The notes: generated by a model not told the origin, from the sequence alone. DNA of 50,847 nucleotides from an uncultured Bacilli bacterium (GCA_947628095.1 CANQYO010000003.1:1-50847); one strand, 5' to 3'; shown: positions 39,442-49,491, counted from the stretch's first letter. Translations and numbers: made by a program.

Positions 39442-40321
39442 AAGAAGAGCTTTAGGAAAAGGCTTAGAAGAATTATTTGGAGCTGAAGTTTTAGATATTG
39501 AAACTTTAGAAGAACAAATTGTTGCTGATACACCTAAAGAAGAAATAATTGAAATTAATATAAATGAACTTCGTAGTAATCCTTATCAACCAAGAAAAGT
39601 ATTTGACGAAAAAGCTTTATTAGAATTAGCAGATTCCATTAAGGAACATGGAGTTTTTCAACCAATTATTGTTAAAAAAAGTATTAAGGGTTATGAAATT
39701 GTAGCTGGAGAAAGACGAGTTAAGGCATCAAATCTTGCTGGAAAATCAACAATTCCAGCAATTATTCGTGATTTTAATGACCAAGAAATGATGGAAATTG
39801 CCCTACTTGAAAATTTACAAAGAGAAGATTTAAACCCTATCGAAGAAGCTTTAGCTTATCAAAGTTTAATGGAAGCAAGAGGTCTTTCACATGAAGAATT
39901 AGCTAAAAGAATTGGAAAAAGTCGTAGTTATGTTACTAATATGGTTGGGCTTATTAACTTACCAGATAGTGTTAAAGAGTTAGTTATTGCTAAAAAAATT
40001 CCAGCAACTCATGCAAGAACTTTAAGTAAAATAAAAGATGTTGCTAAAGTAGAGGCTTTAGCTGATAGAATAATAAATGAAGGGCTAACTTCAGCATCAG
40101 TTGAAGAACTTGCTCAAGATAAATCTTTTGAAAAACGTAATAAAATGGAACGTCATGAAACAGAAGAAAGTAAAACTTATAAATATATTCAAGAGTTATT
40201 ATGTGAAAAACTTGAAACGAAAGTTCGTATTAGAGGTAGTAAAATTGAAATTAGTTTTGCTGATTTAGACGATTTTAATCGAATTATAGAAATATTAAAT
40301 ATTGACGAGGAAAGATTATAA
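39428..40321 (+). CDS. spo0J: ParB/Spo0J partition protein
   Basis: ALGKGL Soj-stimulating peptide, NPYQPR, GERR, ENLQREDL. Confidence 0.95.
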   Translation: METNRRRALGKGLEELFGAEVLDIETLEEQIVADTPKEEIIEININELRSNPYQPRKVFDEKALLELADSIKEHGVFQPIIVKKSIKGYEIVAGERRVKASNLAGKSTIPAIIRDFNDQEMMEIALLENLQREDLNPIEEALAYQSLMEARGLSHEELAKRIGKSRSYVTNMVGLINLPDSVKELVIAKKIPATHARTLSKIKDVAKVEALADRIINEGLTSASVEELAQDKSFEKRNKMERHETEESKTYKYIQELLCEKLETKVRIRGSKIEISFADLDDFNRIIEILNIDEERL

Positions 40322-40366
40322 AATAAAAATTAAATAAAAGAATAAAAGTGTAAGTGAGTATTAAAT

Positions 40367-40573
40367 ATGGAAGAAAAAAAATATGATGTAGGGACAATTC
40401 TTACTATGAAAAAGCCTCACCCTTGTGGTGCTAATAATTGGTGTGTAGTAAGACTTGGTGCAGATATTAAGATTAAATGTCTTAATTGTGGACATGTAGT
40501 AATGTTACCTAGAGTAGAATTTAATAAAAAAATAAAGAAAATTATTTCTTTTAGTGGTGATAAAAATGAATAA
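40367..40573 (+). CDS. DUF951-family protein (YyzM-like)
   Basis: MKKPHPCG...W...R.GADIKIKC..CGH.VMLPR; typical neighbour of parB and ychF. Confidence 0.9.
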   Translation: MEEKKYDVGTILTMKKPHPCGANNWCVVRLGADIKIKCLNCGHVVMLPRVEFNKKIKKIISFSGDKNE

Positions 40574-42161
40574 AAGAAAAAAAATGCGATTAAAAAGATT
40601 AAAAACCCATCCAGTTACAGTTTATATTATATTAACTTTGTTAACGGTTATTGTTAGTGGCATTTTAAGTAGTTTTAATTTTCAAACAACATATAGTACA
40701 ATTAACCCAGCAGATTTATCTATTGTTCAAAATACTGTAATTGTTGAAAATCTTTTAAACTATGATGGTCTTAAATATATAATTAGTAGTGCATCTGCCA
40801 ATTTTATTAGTTTTGCACCACTTAGTATGTTTATTTTAACTGCAATTGGTATGTCAGTTATGATGGCAAGTGGTTTTTTAGAATATTTATCTAAAAAAAT
40901 ATTCTCCAAAATTGATAATAAAATTTTAACGTTTTTAATAATATTTATTGGTATTGTTTCTACAATGATAAATGATATTGGTTATTTGATATTAATACCA
41001 ATAGCTGCTAGTATCTATGAACTTAAAGGTCGAAGTCCTTTAGCGGGAATTATTGCTGCTTTCTGTGGTGTTGCTTTTGGAAGTGGAACTTCTATATTTG
41101 CTGGTTCTAGTGAAGCAACTTTAATACCTTATACAACCAGTGCTGCTCGTTTAGTTGATGAGAATTTTCATGTTAGTATTTTATCAAATTTATTTATAAT
41201 GATAGCAGCAACAATTATTTTATCAATTGTTGGAACAATTGTTATTGAAAAATTTATCGTTCCTAAGTTTGGAAAACAAAAAGAAAAAAGAGATTTACAA
41301 GCTGAAAATGATATTGAAGTAATTGATGATATTGAATCAGAAGAAGATAGATTAAATCGTGAGTATAAGGAACATCGTGGTGCTAAATATGCCCTTATTG
41401 CTGGTATTATCATGATAATTATCTTTATTTATTCAGTTATTCCTAATTTACCTTTATCAGGAATGTTATTGGATATGAATGAAACAACGTATTCTAAACA
41501 AATATTTGGTGATAATTCTTATTTCCAAGATGGTTTCACCTATATGATGTCTCTTTTGTTTATTGTAACTGGTCTTGCTTATGGAATTGGTTCTAAAAAA
41601 TTTAAAAACGACCGTGATGTATTTGAAGGAAGTCATGATAATTTAAGAGATTTAGGTGGAATATTAATTTTAATTTTCTTTGCATCTCAATTTATCTTTG
41701 TATTTCGAAAGACTAATATAGGAACAATTATTACTGGAATTGTTGCGAATGTAATAGATAGTATTACTTTTGGTGGTATTCCTTTACTTATTTTAGCTAT
41801 TTTATTGATAGCTTTTGCCAATTTATTCTTACCAATGGCTGGTTCTAAATGGCAAATTCTAGCACCTGTAATAGTTCCACCTTTAATGCAATTTAATATA
41901 TCACCTCAATTTTTACAATTTGTATTACGAGCTGCTGATTCCATGACCAAGGGAATAACCCCTTTATCAACATTCTTTGTAATCTTTATTGCTTATATGA
42001 ATATTTATAATAAAGATAAAGATAACCCAATTGGAATTTTTAAAGCAATTAAAATAATCATGCCATATTGTTTAATTATTTCAGCTACATGGTTGCTACT
42101 TTTAATCGGTTGGTATATAATAGGTTTACCAATTGGACCAGGAGTAGGGCCAACTGTGTAA
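40566..42161 (+). CDS. abgT: AbgT-family transporter (YdaH/MtrF-like)
   Basis: HP N-motif, NF..FAPL, GR.PLAGI.AAF.GV, SKW.ILAP..VP, R.ADS.T..ITP, GLPIGPG end; start ATG 40566 (track gives 40554). Confidence 0.85.
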   Translation: MNKRKKMRLKRLKTHPVTVYIILTLLTVIVSGILSSFNFQTTYSTINPADLSIVQNTVIVENLLNYDGLKYIISSASANFISFAPLSMFILTAIGMSVMMASGFLEYLSKKIFSKIDNKILTFLIIFIGIVSTMINDIGYLILIPIAASIYELKGRSPLAGIIAAFCGVAFGSGTSIFAGSSEATLIPYTTSAARLVDENFHVSILSNLFIMIAATIILSIVGTIVIEKFIVPKFGKQKEKRDLQAENDIEVIDDIESEEDRLNREYKEHRGAKYALIAGIIMIIIFIYSVIPNLPLSGMLLDMNETTYSKQIFGDNSYFQDGFTYMMSLLFIVTGLAYGIGSKKFKNDRDVFEGSHDNLRDLGGILILIFFASQFIFVFRKTNIGTIITGIVANVIDSITFGGIPLLILAILLIAFANLFLPMAGSKWQILAPVIVPPLMQFNISPQFLQFVLRAADSMTKGITPLSTFFVIFIAYMNIYNKDKDNPIGIFKAIKIIMPYCLIISATWLLLLIGWYIIGLPIGPGVGPTV

Positions 42162-42170
42162 GGAGGATGT

Positions 42171-43271
42171 ATGAGTTTAAAAGCTGGAATTGTGGGACTT
42201 CCTAATGTTGGTAAATCAACTCTTTTCAATGCTATTACTAAGCAAAATATTTTAGCTGCCAACTACCCTTTTGCGACTATCGAACCAAATGTCGGAGTTG
42301 TAAATGTACCAGATAAAAGAATGAATGTTTTAAATGATATGTATATGCCTGAACGCTTAATTATGGCAAGTTATGAGTTTACAGATATTGCTGGACTTGT
42401 AAAAGGTGCTTCCAGTGGTGAGGGTTTAGGTAATAAATTTTTATCACATATTAGAGAAGTAGATGCAATTGTTGAAGTTGTTCGTTGTTTCGATGATTCT
42501 AATATTATTCATGTTGAAGGAAACACCGACCCTTTAAGAGATGTTGATATTATTAACTTAGAGTTATCAATAAGTGATTTAGAAATTGTTAATAATCGTT
42601 TAGATAAAATATATAAAAAAGCAATGACAACTAAAGATAGTGATTCTTTAATTGAAGTAAGTGCCTTGACTAAAGCCAAAGAAGTTTTAGAAAAAGGTGG
42701 AGCTTTACGTGATATTACTTTTACAGAAGAAGAACAAGCTAAGATACTTGGTTATCAATTTCTAACAATGAAACCAATTATCTATGTTGCTAATATAAAA
42801 GAAGACGATTTAGCTAAACCAAATAATGATTATGTAAAAGTTTTAGAAGATTATGCTAAAAAGAATTCAAGTAAAGTTATTAAGATGTGTGCTAAAGTAG
42901 AAAGTGAACTTGCTGAACTTTCAATTGAAGAAAAAGAAGAAATGCTTGCTATGTTAGGAATTAAAACAAGTGGACTAGACGATTTAATAAATGCAACATA
43001 TGAAATATTAGGTTTAAAAACGTATTTTACGGTTGGACCAGATGAAGTTCGAGCTTGGACTTTCAAAGATGGTATGAATGCAAGAGATTGTGCAGGAATT
43101 ATTCATACTGACTTTCGTGAAGGGTTTATTAAAGCTGAAGTTATTAGTTATAATGATTTAATTGAAGCTGGAAGTGAACTTAAAGTTCGTGAGCTTGGAA
43201 AATTAAGAATAGAGGGAAAGGAATATATAATGCAAGATGGTGATATTTGCCATTTTCGATTTAATAGGTGA
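42171..43271 (+). CDS. ychF: Ribosome-binding ATPase YchF
   Basis: [31 protein letters not shown] domain. Confidence 0.98.
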   Translation: MSLKAGIVGLPNVGKSTLFNAITKQNILAANYPFATIEPNVGVVNVPDKRMNVLNDMYMPERLIMASYEFTDIAGLVKGASSGEGLGNKFLSHIREVDAIVEVVRCFDDSNIIHVEGNTDPLRDVDIINLELSISDLEIVNNRLDKIYKKAMTTKDSDSLIEVSALTKAKEVLEKGGALRDITFTEEEQAKILGYQFLTMKPIIYVANIKEDDLAKPNNDYVKVLEDYAKKNSSKVIKMCAKVESELAELSIEEKEEMLAMLGIKTSGLDDLINATYEILGLKTYFTVGPDEVRAWTFKDGMNARDCAGIIHTDFREGFIKAEVISYNDLIEAGSELKVRELGKLRIEGKEYIMQDGDICHFRFNR

Positions 43272-43276
43272 TATAG

Positions 43277-43921
43277 ATGTCAGTTAATAATTTATTAGGT
43301 ATAATTACTAGTTTAGGAGTTTTTGCTATTTTTCTTTTTGTTGTTTTAATAGCAGTTCTAATAGCAGCATATGTTTTTTCAAGTTTAGGAATTATGGGGC
43401 TTGCTAAGAAAAATGATTTACCAGCACCTTGGCTTGCTTTTATTCCAGGAGGAAGAAGTTATTTAATAGGAAAACTTGGTTATGAAATTTATGTTGAACC
43501 AAGTAAGCGAAATCAAACTTTAACTTGGGTAACTTTAGGTCTTGGAATAGGAGCTTTAGTTTTTGATATTAATAATTATCTTTTAGGAAATATGTTAACT
43601 ATAGCTTTAACTGTTTTCCAAACAGTTGCCTTTTATAATATTTTTAAAGTTATTAATGAAAAGAACTGTGTTATTTATACAGTGGTAACAGCTATATATA
43701 ATAATCTTGGTGGAATATTCTTATATTTAAATCGTGATAAAGCTGAAAAGAGAGAAATTGCTCCATTAGAAATTTCTGAAGAAGTTAATGAAGATTTATC
43801 TTCTGAAGAAAAACAAACTGAAACAAAACCTACTATTGAACATAATTTTTGTATTCATTGTGGTGCTAAACTTAAACCAAATTCTAAATTTTGTGGTGAA
43901 TGCGGAAAAGCAATCAAATAA
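43277..43921 (+). CDS. Membrane protein with C-terminal zinc ribbon
   Basis: 4-5 TM segments, AP-W-LAFIP motif, FCIHCG..KFCGECG. Confidence 0.8.
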   Translation: MSVNNLLGIITSLGVFAIFLFVVLIAVLIAAYVFSSLGIMGLAKKNDLPAPWLAFIPGGRSYLIGKLGYEIYVEPSKRNQTLTWVTLGLGIGALVFDINNYLLGNMLTIALTVFQTVAFYNIFKVINEKNCVIYTVVTAIYNNLGGIFLYLNRDKAEKREIAPLEISEEVNEDLSSEEKQTETKPTIEHNFCIHCGAKLKPNSKFCGECGKAIK

Positions 43922-43945
43922 ACATCAAATTTTGATGTTTTTTTT
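43920..43945 (+). terminator. Intrinsic terminator
   Basis: AAACATCAA-AT-TTGATGTTT plus T-run. Confidence 0.75.
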
Positions 43946-44023
43946 GAATTTTTAGAAAATAGGTTCTTCTTTCTTGACTTCCCAATTATCTTAATTTATA
44001 CTATTCTTATAATAGGTGATGAT

Positions 44024-44656
44024 ATGAAAAAGAATAAAAAGAATGATAAAAAAGAAAAGACTTTACTTTGGTTTGTAACAATTATAATTGAAGTAATTTT
44101 AGCATTTGCTTTATTAATTAATAGTTTGCAAATAATTTTATATGGAACAAATACTGTTTTGCATATTTTTGATAATGAGAAATTTCCAGATTATATAAGT
44201 AATTTTTATAACCCTGATTTTACTGGTGAAAGTGACGAGGAAAACTTTAATTACTTGTATTTTATAACATCAGACTATGAAAGAGATTTAATTCAAAATG
44301 AAGCAGTTTCAAGTGACAAGGTAATTGCATTTACATGGGTTAAAATTATAACAATTGAAGTATATCTAATATCTTTTGTACTTGTTTGTGTTATGACAAG
44401 ACGTTTACTTCGAGTTAAGAATTCTCAAAACCCATTTGTAAATGACAACTTAGAAATTATTGATAAGATAAAACGTTACTTAGTAATTGGGTTTGGTGTT
44501 TATATGTTAGGAATAATAATTATTTCTATCTTCTGTAACCCTTTAGGTACAATAGGAAATATAAATGTATTATTAATTTTCTTAATTATGTATGGTTTAG
44601 TTGATTTTGTTGATACCTTAATAAAACGAGGAATAGATTTAAAAAGTAAAAAATAA
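44024..44656 (+). CDS. Four-TM membrane protein (DUF2975-like; unverified)
   Basis: Four hydrophobic segments with NPF..DN motif; promoter TTGACT-N17-TATACT at 43974-44002. Confidence 0.65.
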   Translation: MKKNKKNDKKEKTLLWFVTIIIEVILAFALLINSLQIILYGTNTVLHIFDNEKFPDYISNFYNPDFTGESDEENFNYLYFITSDYERDLIQNEAVSSDKVIAFTWVKIITIEVYLISFVLVCVMTRRLLRVKNSQNPFVNDNLEIIDKIKRYLVIGFGVYMLGIIIISIFCNPLGTIGNINVLLIFLIMYGLVDFVDTLIKRGIDLKSKK

Positions 44657-44683
44657 AAGCTTGTAGATTTACAAGTTTTTTTT
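44655..44683. terminator. Bidirectional terminator
   Basis: AAAAGCTTGTA-GATT-TACAAGTTTT between convergent genes. Confidence 0.65.
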
Positions 44684-45042
44684 CATTTAATACCTTTAAT
44701 ATATTTTTTATTAATTTTAATGAACTCTATTATATTTTTAATTTCTTCATTTGTTAGTTCTTCATTTTCTTTTAAATAACCGTTTTCAATAAGAAGTTTT
44801 TTTAAAGCTTCTTTTTCTTTAATTTCCGTTTCAGATGTATTAATTTTACTTTCATTTCCTAATAAATAATCAGTTGAAACATTATAAAATTTTGCTATGT
44901 CTTTTAAAACATCATAATCTGGCTTTCTTTTATTACTTTCATATTGTCCATATCTAACTTCAGATAAATTTAAATTAATACTAACCTCTTTTTGAGTTAA
45001 ATCATTAAGTAATCTTAAAGATTTTAATCTTTCTCCTAACAT
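44683..45042 (-). CDS. XRE-family (phage CI-like) HTH repressor
   Basis: GERLKSLR...LTQKEV...YE...RKPD....IAKFYNVSTDYLLG. Confidence 0.92.
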   Translation of the reverse strand: MLGERLKSLRLLNDLTQKEVSINLNLSEVRYGQYESNKRKPDYDVLKDIAKFYNVSTDYLLGNESKINTSETEIKEKEALKKLLIENGYLKENEELTNEEIKNIIEFIKINKKYIKGIK

Positions 45043-45076
45043 ATTGAATTCCCCCTATTTCAATTTATTATAAACA

Positions 45077-45295
45077 TTAATTTTTAGTTTTTTCAATAGT
45101 TATTTTAATATTATGTTTATTACACATATCTAAAAAATCATTTAAAAACATTCTATTTCTTCCATTTTCTATATTATTTATACTATCTCTACTTCTATTA
45201 ATTGTTTTACCAAATTCAGTTTGATTTAATTCAGTCCATTCTCTTATAATTTTAATAATTTCAGTTGCTTTATATTTATTAGCAATAAATTTCAT
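45077..45295 (-). CDS. Small Cro/C1-type HTH protein
   Basis: IRE...LNQTEFGK.I..SR.SI.NIENGR; start ATG 45295 after AGGTGA. Confidence 0.85.
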   Translation of the reverse strand: MKFIANKYKATEIIKIIREWTELNQTEFGKTINRSRDSINNIENGRNRMFLNDFLDMCNKHNIKITIEKTKN

Positions 45296-45343
45296 ATCAT
45301 CACCTAATAAAAGATTATCATTAATACTCAAAAAAAATCACAA

Positions 45344-45404
45344 TTGAGTATTGATTGTACTCATTTTTTGTGTTATACTCTTTTTGAGTATAGATAGTAC
45401 TCAA
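45344..45404 (+). promoter_or_regulatory. sigmaA promoter flanked by two palindromic operators
   Basis: TTGATT(45351)-N17-TATACT(45374) with extended TG; operators TGAGTA-N7-TACTCA at 45345-45363 and 45385-45403. Confidence 0.8.
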
Positions 45405-45421
45405 AAAGAGGGACAAATATT

Positions 45422-48019
45422 ATGAATAATAGTAAAAAAAGCATAGGAATAATAGTAACAGTAGTAGTAATGTTATTAACAGTATTTGGAGTAACATATG
45501 CCTTTGTAAACTTTACTTTAAATGGTAATGAAAATTCTATTCTTGTAACAGGAGACATCTACATGAATTATACTGAAACTAATCAAATTAATTTAACAGA
45601 TGCAGTTCCAATGGATAAAGAAAGTGCATTAAAATTATCTGACAATGTATTTAATTTTACAATAAGTGGCAAAAATCAAAGTAAGAAAGATATCTATTAT
45701 GGAATAAGTATAGTCTATGGAGAAGAACAAGCAAGTAAAACTAGATTAAAAGATGAGGATATAGATGTCTACTTAACAAGTGGAGAAGATGTACTTGTAA
45801 ATGCAAATAGATATAAGAGCTTAAATGATACAAGAATATGGGCAGAGAAAATAGATGCAGGGACTAATTCTTATACAAAAGAATATTCATTACGATTATG
45901 GGTAGACGAGAGTGTAATAATATCAGATACAGATGCAAATAAAGATTATACTCAAGAAGTATGGAATAATAGTTATGCTAGTTATAAAGTAAAAGTAGAT
46001 GGAAATTTAAATAAAATGAACATTCCGTTAGAGATAGATGCCAAAGATAGTTATTTTGAAAATGGAAAATCATATTTTATAGTAAATATAAGCAATTACT
46101 TAAACCCACAAGTTGCGACTAAAACAATAGCAACGGCAGATATTATGAAATTAGATATAACAAGTACAAATAAAGATGTAGTATTCACATATCAAGACGA
46201 TACAGGAAATAAAGTAGATGAAGAAAGTTCAACATTAAGTCAGACTTACACCTTTGATACAAACAAAGTAATAAAAATACAGGTTTATGTAACATCTAAA
46301 AATGTAGAACCAATAAATGCAGATATTAATATTAAAGTAACAAAAAATGATAATGAAACATACGAAGTTTTGAAAAATATGAGTTTAAGAGGAGCGAATG
46401 AATATTATTGTCAAAATAATGGTTTTACAAAATTAGCAGATTGTTTATTAGTATCTGAACAATATAGTAAAGATGTAGAAAGTGCAAAATTAGCTATCAA
46501 AAAGAAAGGTGCTCCAACTTTAAGTAAAACAGCACCTGAAATAACTTATATAGCAACAGCTGAAACCACAGGAGCAGAAGTGACTCAAAGAGGTGGTTAT
46601 GCTTGGGCGTATGGTGATAGTTATACTTTTGATATAAATAACGGGACATTTACATTATCAGGAAATGTGAAAACAAATCAAAGTTTAAGTGATGCCATAC
46701 AAGGAAAGTGGACATGTGGAGCTACTTCAGATAATATAACAAATTGTAATACTATATATCATATAACATTAATGGAAGGAAATACAATAAAAGCAGCAAG
46801 TAGTAGTACCTATCAAATAGCAAATGTTATAGGTTCAGAAGTTGGTTTATATCAAACAACCGACAATGATGGAGATACATATTTTTATCGAGGAGATATT
46901 AAGAACAATAATGTAAAATTTGCAGGTTTTTACTGGAAAATAATAAGAGTAAATGGAGATGGTTCGATAAGACTTATTTATAATGGAACAAAACCAAATT
47001 CAAATGAAATGAATGCATCTTCTGTAACTGGAATAGGTGTTGCCTATAACAAAAAATATTCCGACCCAGCATATGTAGGTTATATGTATGGAGATAATTT
47101 TTCGACTGCCCCAATTAAAAGTAAAGAAGTATATTATAATGGTATAACTGCAAATACTAAGTATTACTTTGGTACTGGATATACACCTAATGATAATGCT
47201 GGAACTTTCAAAATAACTGGAGCTGATTACTTAGGTACATTTACAGAGTGGAACTCAGCTGGAAAGTTAGCAGAAGGTTACAAATATACATGTATGTCGA
47301 CAATAGCCGATGGAACATGTCAATTTTTAATAGAAATAAAAACATTTAATGATGCAACAAGCATACAAGCATATTATTGGACATATGGTTCAACCAGTTA
47401 TGAAGCAATTAGAGAAGATACAGCCAGTAGTAATGCTAAAATAGAACTCGAAAATTGGTATACTAATACATTAGCAAAAGCAAAAGAAGCAGGAGAAACA
47501 GCAGATAAATATATAAATCTTGGTGGAACATTCTGCAATGATAGAAGTCTATCTTCACAAGGTGGAAATGGTGATGGTTTTTCAATCGTACCAACTACCT
47601 ATTATGGAGCATATGACAGAAATGTAAATAAAAAGGCTGCAAGCTTAATATGTCCAAATGCATTAGATTTATTTAGTGCTAAAGGAAGTAGTGGTAAAGG
47701 AAATAAAAAGCTAGAGAAACCAATTGGGTTAATAACAGCTGACGAAGTCGCATTAGCCGGTGGTTTATATAATACTAAAAATGAAAGATACTATCTAAAA
47801 ACCGGAGCTGCTTATTGGACAATGTCTCCTGTTAACTTTAGTTCGATTGCCTCTCAAGCTCGTGAGTTTGATATTGACCAAGATGGCAAGTTCAAAGACG
47901 ATTGGGTTCCTTTTACTACTTCTGGTCTACGTGCAGTAATCAATTTAAAGAAAGAAGTATTATTAGCTGGAGGAAATGGCACAATGGACGACCCATATAC
48001 AGTAAAGTTAGCTAGTTAA
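45422..48019 (+). CDS. Large secreted/surface protein (SipW/TasA-type signal; beta-rich; C-terminal CLec/DUF6273-like domain)
   Basis: N-terminal KK plus hydrophobic helix ending GVTYAF; T/N/G/Y-rich; YRG..NNNVKFAG.YWKIIR.NGDGS.RLIY; C-terminal IGLIT.DE, YWTMSP, GLRAVINL, G.GT..DPY. Confidence 0.75.
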   Translation: MNNSKKSIGIIVTVVVMLLTVFGVTYAFVNFTLNGNENSILVTGDIYMNYTETNQINLTDAVPMDKESALKLSDNVFNFTISGKNQSKKDIYYGISIVYGEEQASKTRLKDEDIDVYLTSGEDVLVNANRYKSLNDTRIWAEKIDAGTNSYTKEYSLRLWVDESVIISDTDANKDYTQEVWNNSYASYKVKVDGNLNKMNIPLEIDAKDSYFENGKSYFIVNISNYLNPQVATKTIATADIMKLDITSTNKDVVFTYQDDTGNKVDEESSTLSQTYTFDTNKVIKIQVYVTSKNVEPINADINIKVTKNDNETYEVLKNMSLRGANEYYCQNNGFTKLADCLLVSEQYSKDVESAKLAIKKKGAPTLSKTAPEITYIATAETTGAEVTQRGGYAWAYGDSYTFDINNGTFTLSGNVKTNQSLSDAIQGKWTCGATSDNITNCNTIYHITLMEGNTIKAASSSTYQIANVIGSEVGLYQTTDNDGDTYFYRGDIKNNNVKFAGFYWKIIRVNGDGSIRLIYNGTKPNSNEMNASSVTGIGVAYNKKYSDPAYVGYMYGDNFSTAPIKSKEVYYNGITANTKYYFGTGYTPNDNAGTFKITGADYLGTFTEWNSAGKLAEGYKYTCMSTIADGTCQFLIEIKTFNDATSIQAYYWTYGSTSYEAIREDTASSNAKIELENWYTNTLAKAKEAGETADKYINLGGTFCNDRSLSSQGGNGDGFSIVPTTYYGAYDRNVNKKAASLICPNALDLFSAKGSSGKGNKKLEKPIGLITADEVALAGGLYNTKNERYYLKTGAAYWTMSPVNFSSIASQAREFDIDQDGKFKDDWVPFTTSGLRAVINLKKEVLLAGGNGTMDDPYTVKLAS

Positions 48020-48075
48020 TTATAAAGTGGTAATAGAGAATAAATAAGAATAAAATAAAAAAAGAAAATAGAAAG

Positions 48076-48114
48076 AAAAAAACATAAATTAGAAAAAATA
48101 GTTTATGTTTTTTT
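48076..48114. terminator. Bidirectional terminator
   Basis: AAAAAAACATAAATTA / TAGTTTATGTTTTTTT inverted repeat between convergent genes. Confidence 0.7.
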
Positions 48115-48129
48115 CATACTTATTAATTA

Positions 48130-49470
48130 TTATTTATCTTTTTCATTTAAAAATCTTTTTAAGAGAAAAGTCATAAAATAAGGGAATGTATAGAATTTAT
48201 CATTAAAAGCTATATTTTTATTACATAATTTAATTCCATATTTAATGTTTTTATATTGCTTTTTTTCTATTAATTTATTTAATGAATATGTTGCATTATC
48301 AGATGCTTTAACTTCAACTGGAATTATATTTTTATCGTCTCTTATTATAAAGTCCATTTCAATTTTATTTTTATTGTCTCTATAAAAGAATAAATCAAAA
48401 CCAGCCTTAGTGAGCATTTCGGCAACTATATTTTCGTATAATGCACCTTTATATGTTCCAAAGTTTTGATTATTTCTTAAATCTTTTTGAGTTTCCTCAT
48501 CAAGAGAACCTATTAATAACCCTGTATCTCCAAAGTATAGACGATAGTTATCTGGGTTATAATTAACTTTTAAAGGCATTTCTAAGTGGTCTAGAGAATA
48601 GCTTATATTAATTATTCCAGCTCTATCTAGCCAATCAATAATTCCTACATATTCTCTATTTCTTGCACCATCTTTAAGTTTAGTAATTTGAAATTTTTTA
48701 TTGTCATTACCAAGAAATATTTTAATTTTTTTATATGCATCTAATATTTTTGATTTGTCAAGTCCACCAGCATATTTTGTAATATCTTCCTCATAATCTA
48801 CTAATAGTTTTTGTTGTTGTGCTAAGATACCGCTGAAATTTTTATTATCAATAAATGTACTTACGATTTCAGGCATTCCGCCAGTTATTAGATAATCTTT
48901 AAAATTGCTCATCATAACATCATATTGTGTAGTTGTTAAAGGTTTAACTTCTTTCATACATATATATAAATCTTCTATTTGCTCATTACTATACCCTTTA
49001 GCCCATAAAAATTCTTCAAAATCTAGTGACCTCATTGTATAATCTTCTTTATTGCCAACACTATTTGAGTGTATTTGATTATAGTTAATTCCCATTAGTG
49101 AACCAGAACAAATAACATCAAATCTACCATCTTGATGAAAAAATTTTAAAGAGGTTGCTGTATCTGGATATTCTTGCATTTCGTCAAAAAATATTAACGT
49201 TTCTCCAGGTATAAATTTAAAATTACTATTTAATAGACTTATATTTTTAATTATATTGTCTGTTGTATAACCATCTTGAAATATTTGTTTAAATTGTGGC
49301 ATAGAAACATAATTAATCTCAATAAAGGATGTATAGTTTTCTTTACCAAATTTTTCTATTGATGTCGTTTTTCCAATTTGCCTTGCACCCTTAATTATTA
49401 AAGGTTTTCTGTCTTTTGAATTTTTCCATTCAACTAAATATTTATCGATTTTTCGCTTTAATTCAGCCAT
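48130..49470 (-). CDS. AAA_14 ATPase with DUF4143 and C-terminal PD-(D/E)XK-like domain
   Basis: GARQIGKT Walker A, FFDEMQ Walker B, SGS, GGMP, D.GL, ENIV, EMDF...PVEVK; start ATG 49470 after GGAGAG. Confidence 0.88.
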   Translation of the reverse strand: MAELKRKIDKYLVEWKNSKDRKPLIIKGARQIGKTTSIEKFGKENYTSFIEINYVSMPQFKQIFQDGYTTDNIIKNISLLNSNFKFIPGETLIFFDEMQEYPDTATSLKFFHQDGRFDVICSGSLMGINYNQIHSNSVGNKEDYTMRSLDFEEFLWAKGYSNEQIEDLYICMKEVKPLTTTQYDVMMSNFKDYLITGGMPEIVSTFIDNKNFSGILAQQQKLLVDYEEDITKYAGGLDKSKILDAYKKIKIFLGNDNKKFQITKLKDGARNREYVGIIDWLDRAGIINISYSLDHLEMPLKVNYNPDNYRLYFGDTGLLIGSLDEETQKDLRNNQNFGTYKGALYENIVAEMLTKAGFDLFFYRDNKNKIEMDFIIRDDKNIIPVEVKASDNATYSLNKLIEKKQYKNIKYGIKLCNKNIAFNDKFYTFPYFMTFLLKRFLNEKDK

Positions 49471-49491
49471 CTTATCACTCTCCAAGATAAT

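Noticed and set aside
2754..45558. Short antisense or alternate-frame ORFs in the track (e.g. 2754-3023, 3658-3843, 8209-8400, 10589-10780, 12939-13142, 15334-15561, 19192-19434, 20574-20897, 24522-24827, 25333-25827, 27369-27569, 29107-29292, 31797-32126, 33343-33561, 37065-37313, 38437-38634, 41168-41413, 42005-42262, 42851-43066, 45373-45558)
   Set aside because: They overlap well-supported genes or RNAs, show no evident RBS or motif, and have the F/S/L/I-rich composition expected of shadow ORFs.
44683..49470. Possible prophage or ICE, suggested by the CI/Cro-like genes and A-rich codon usage
   Set aside because: No integrase, relaxase, transposase, structural genes or att repeats are visible.
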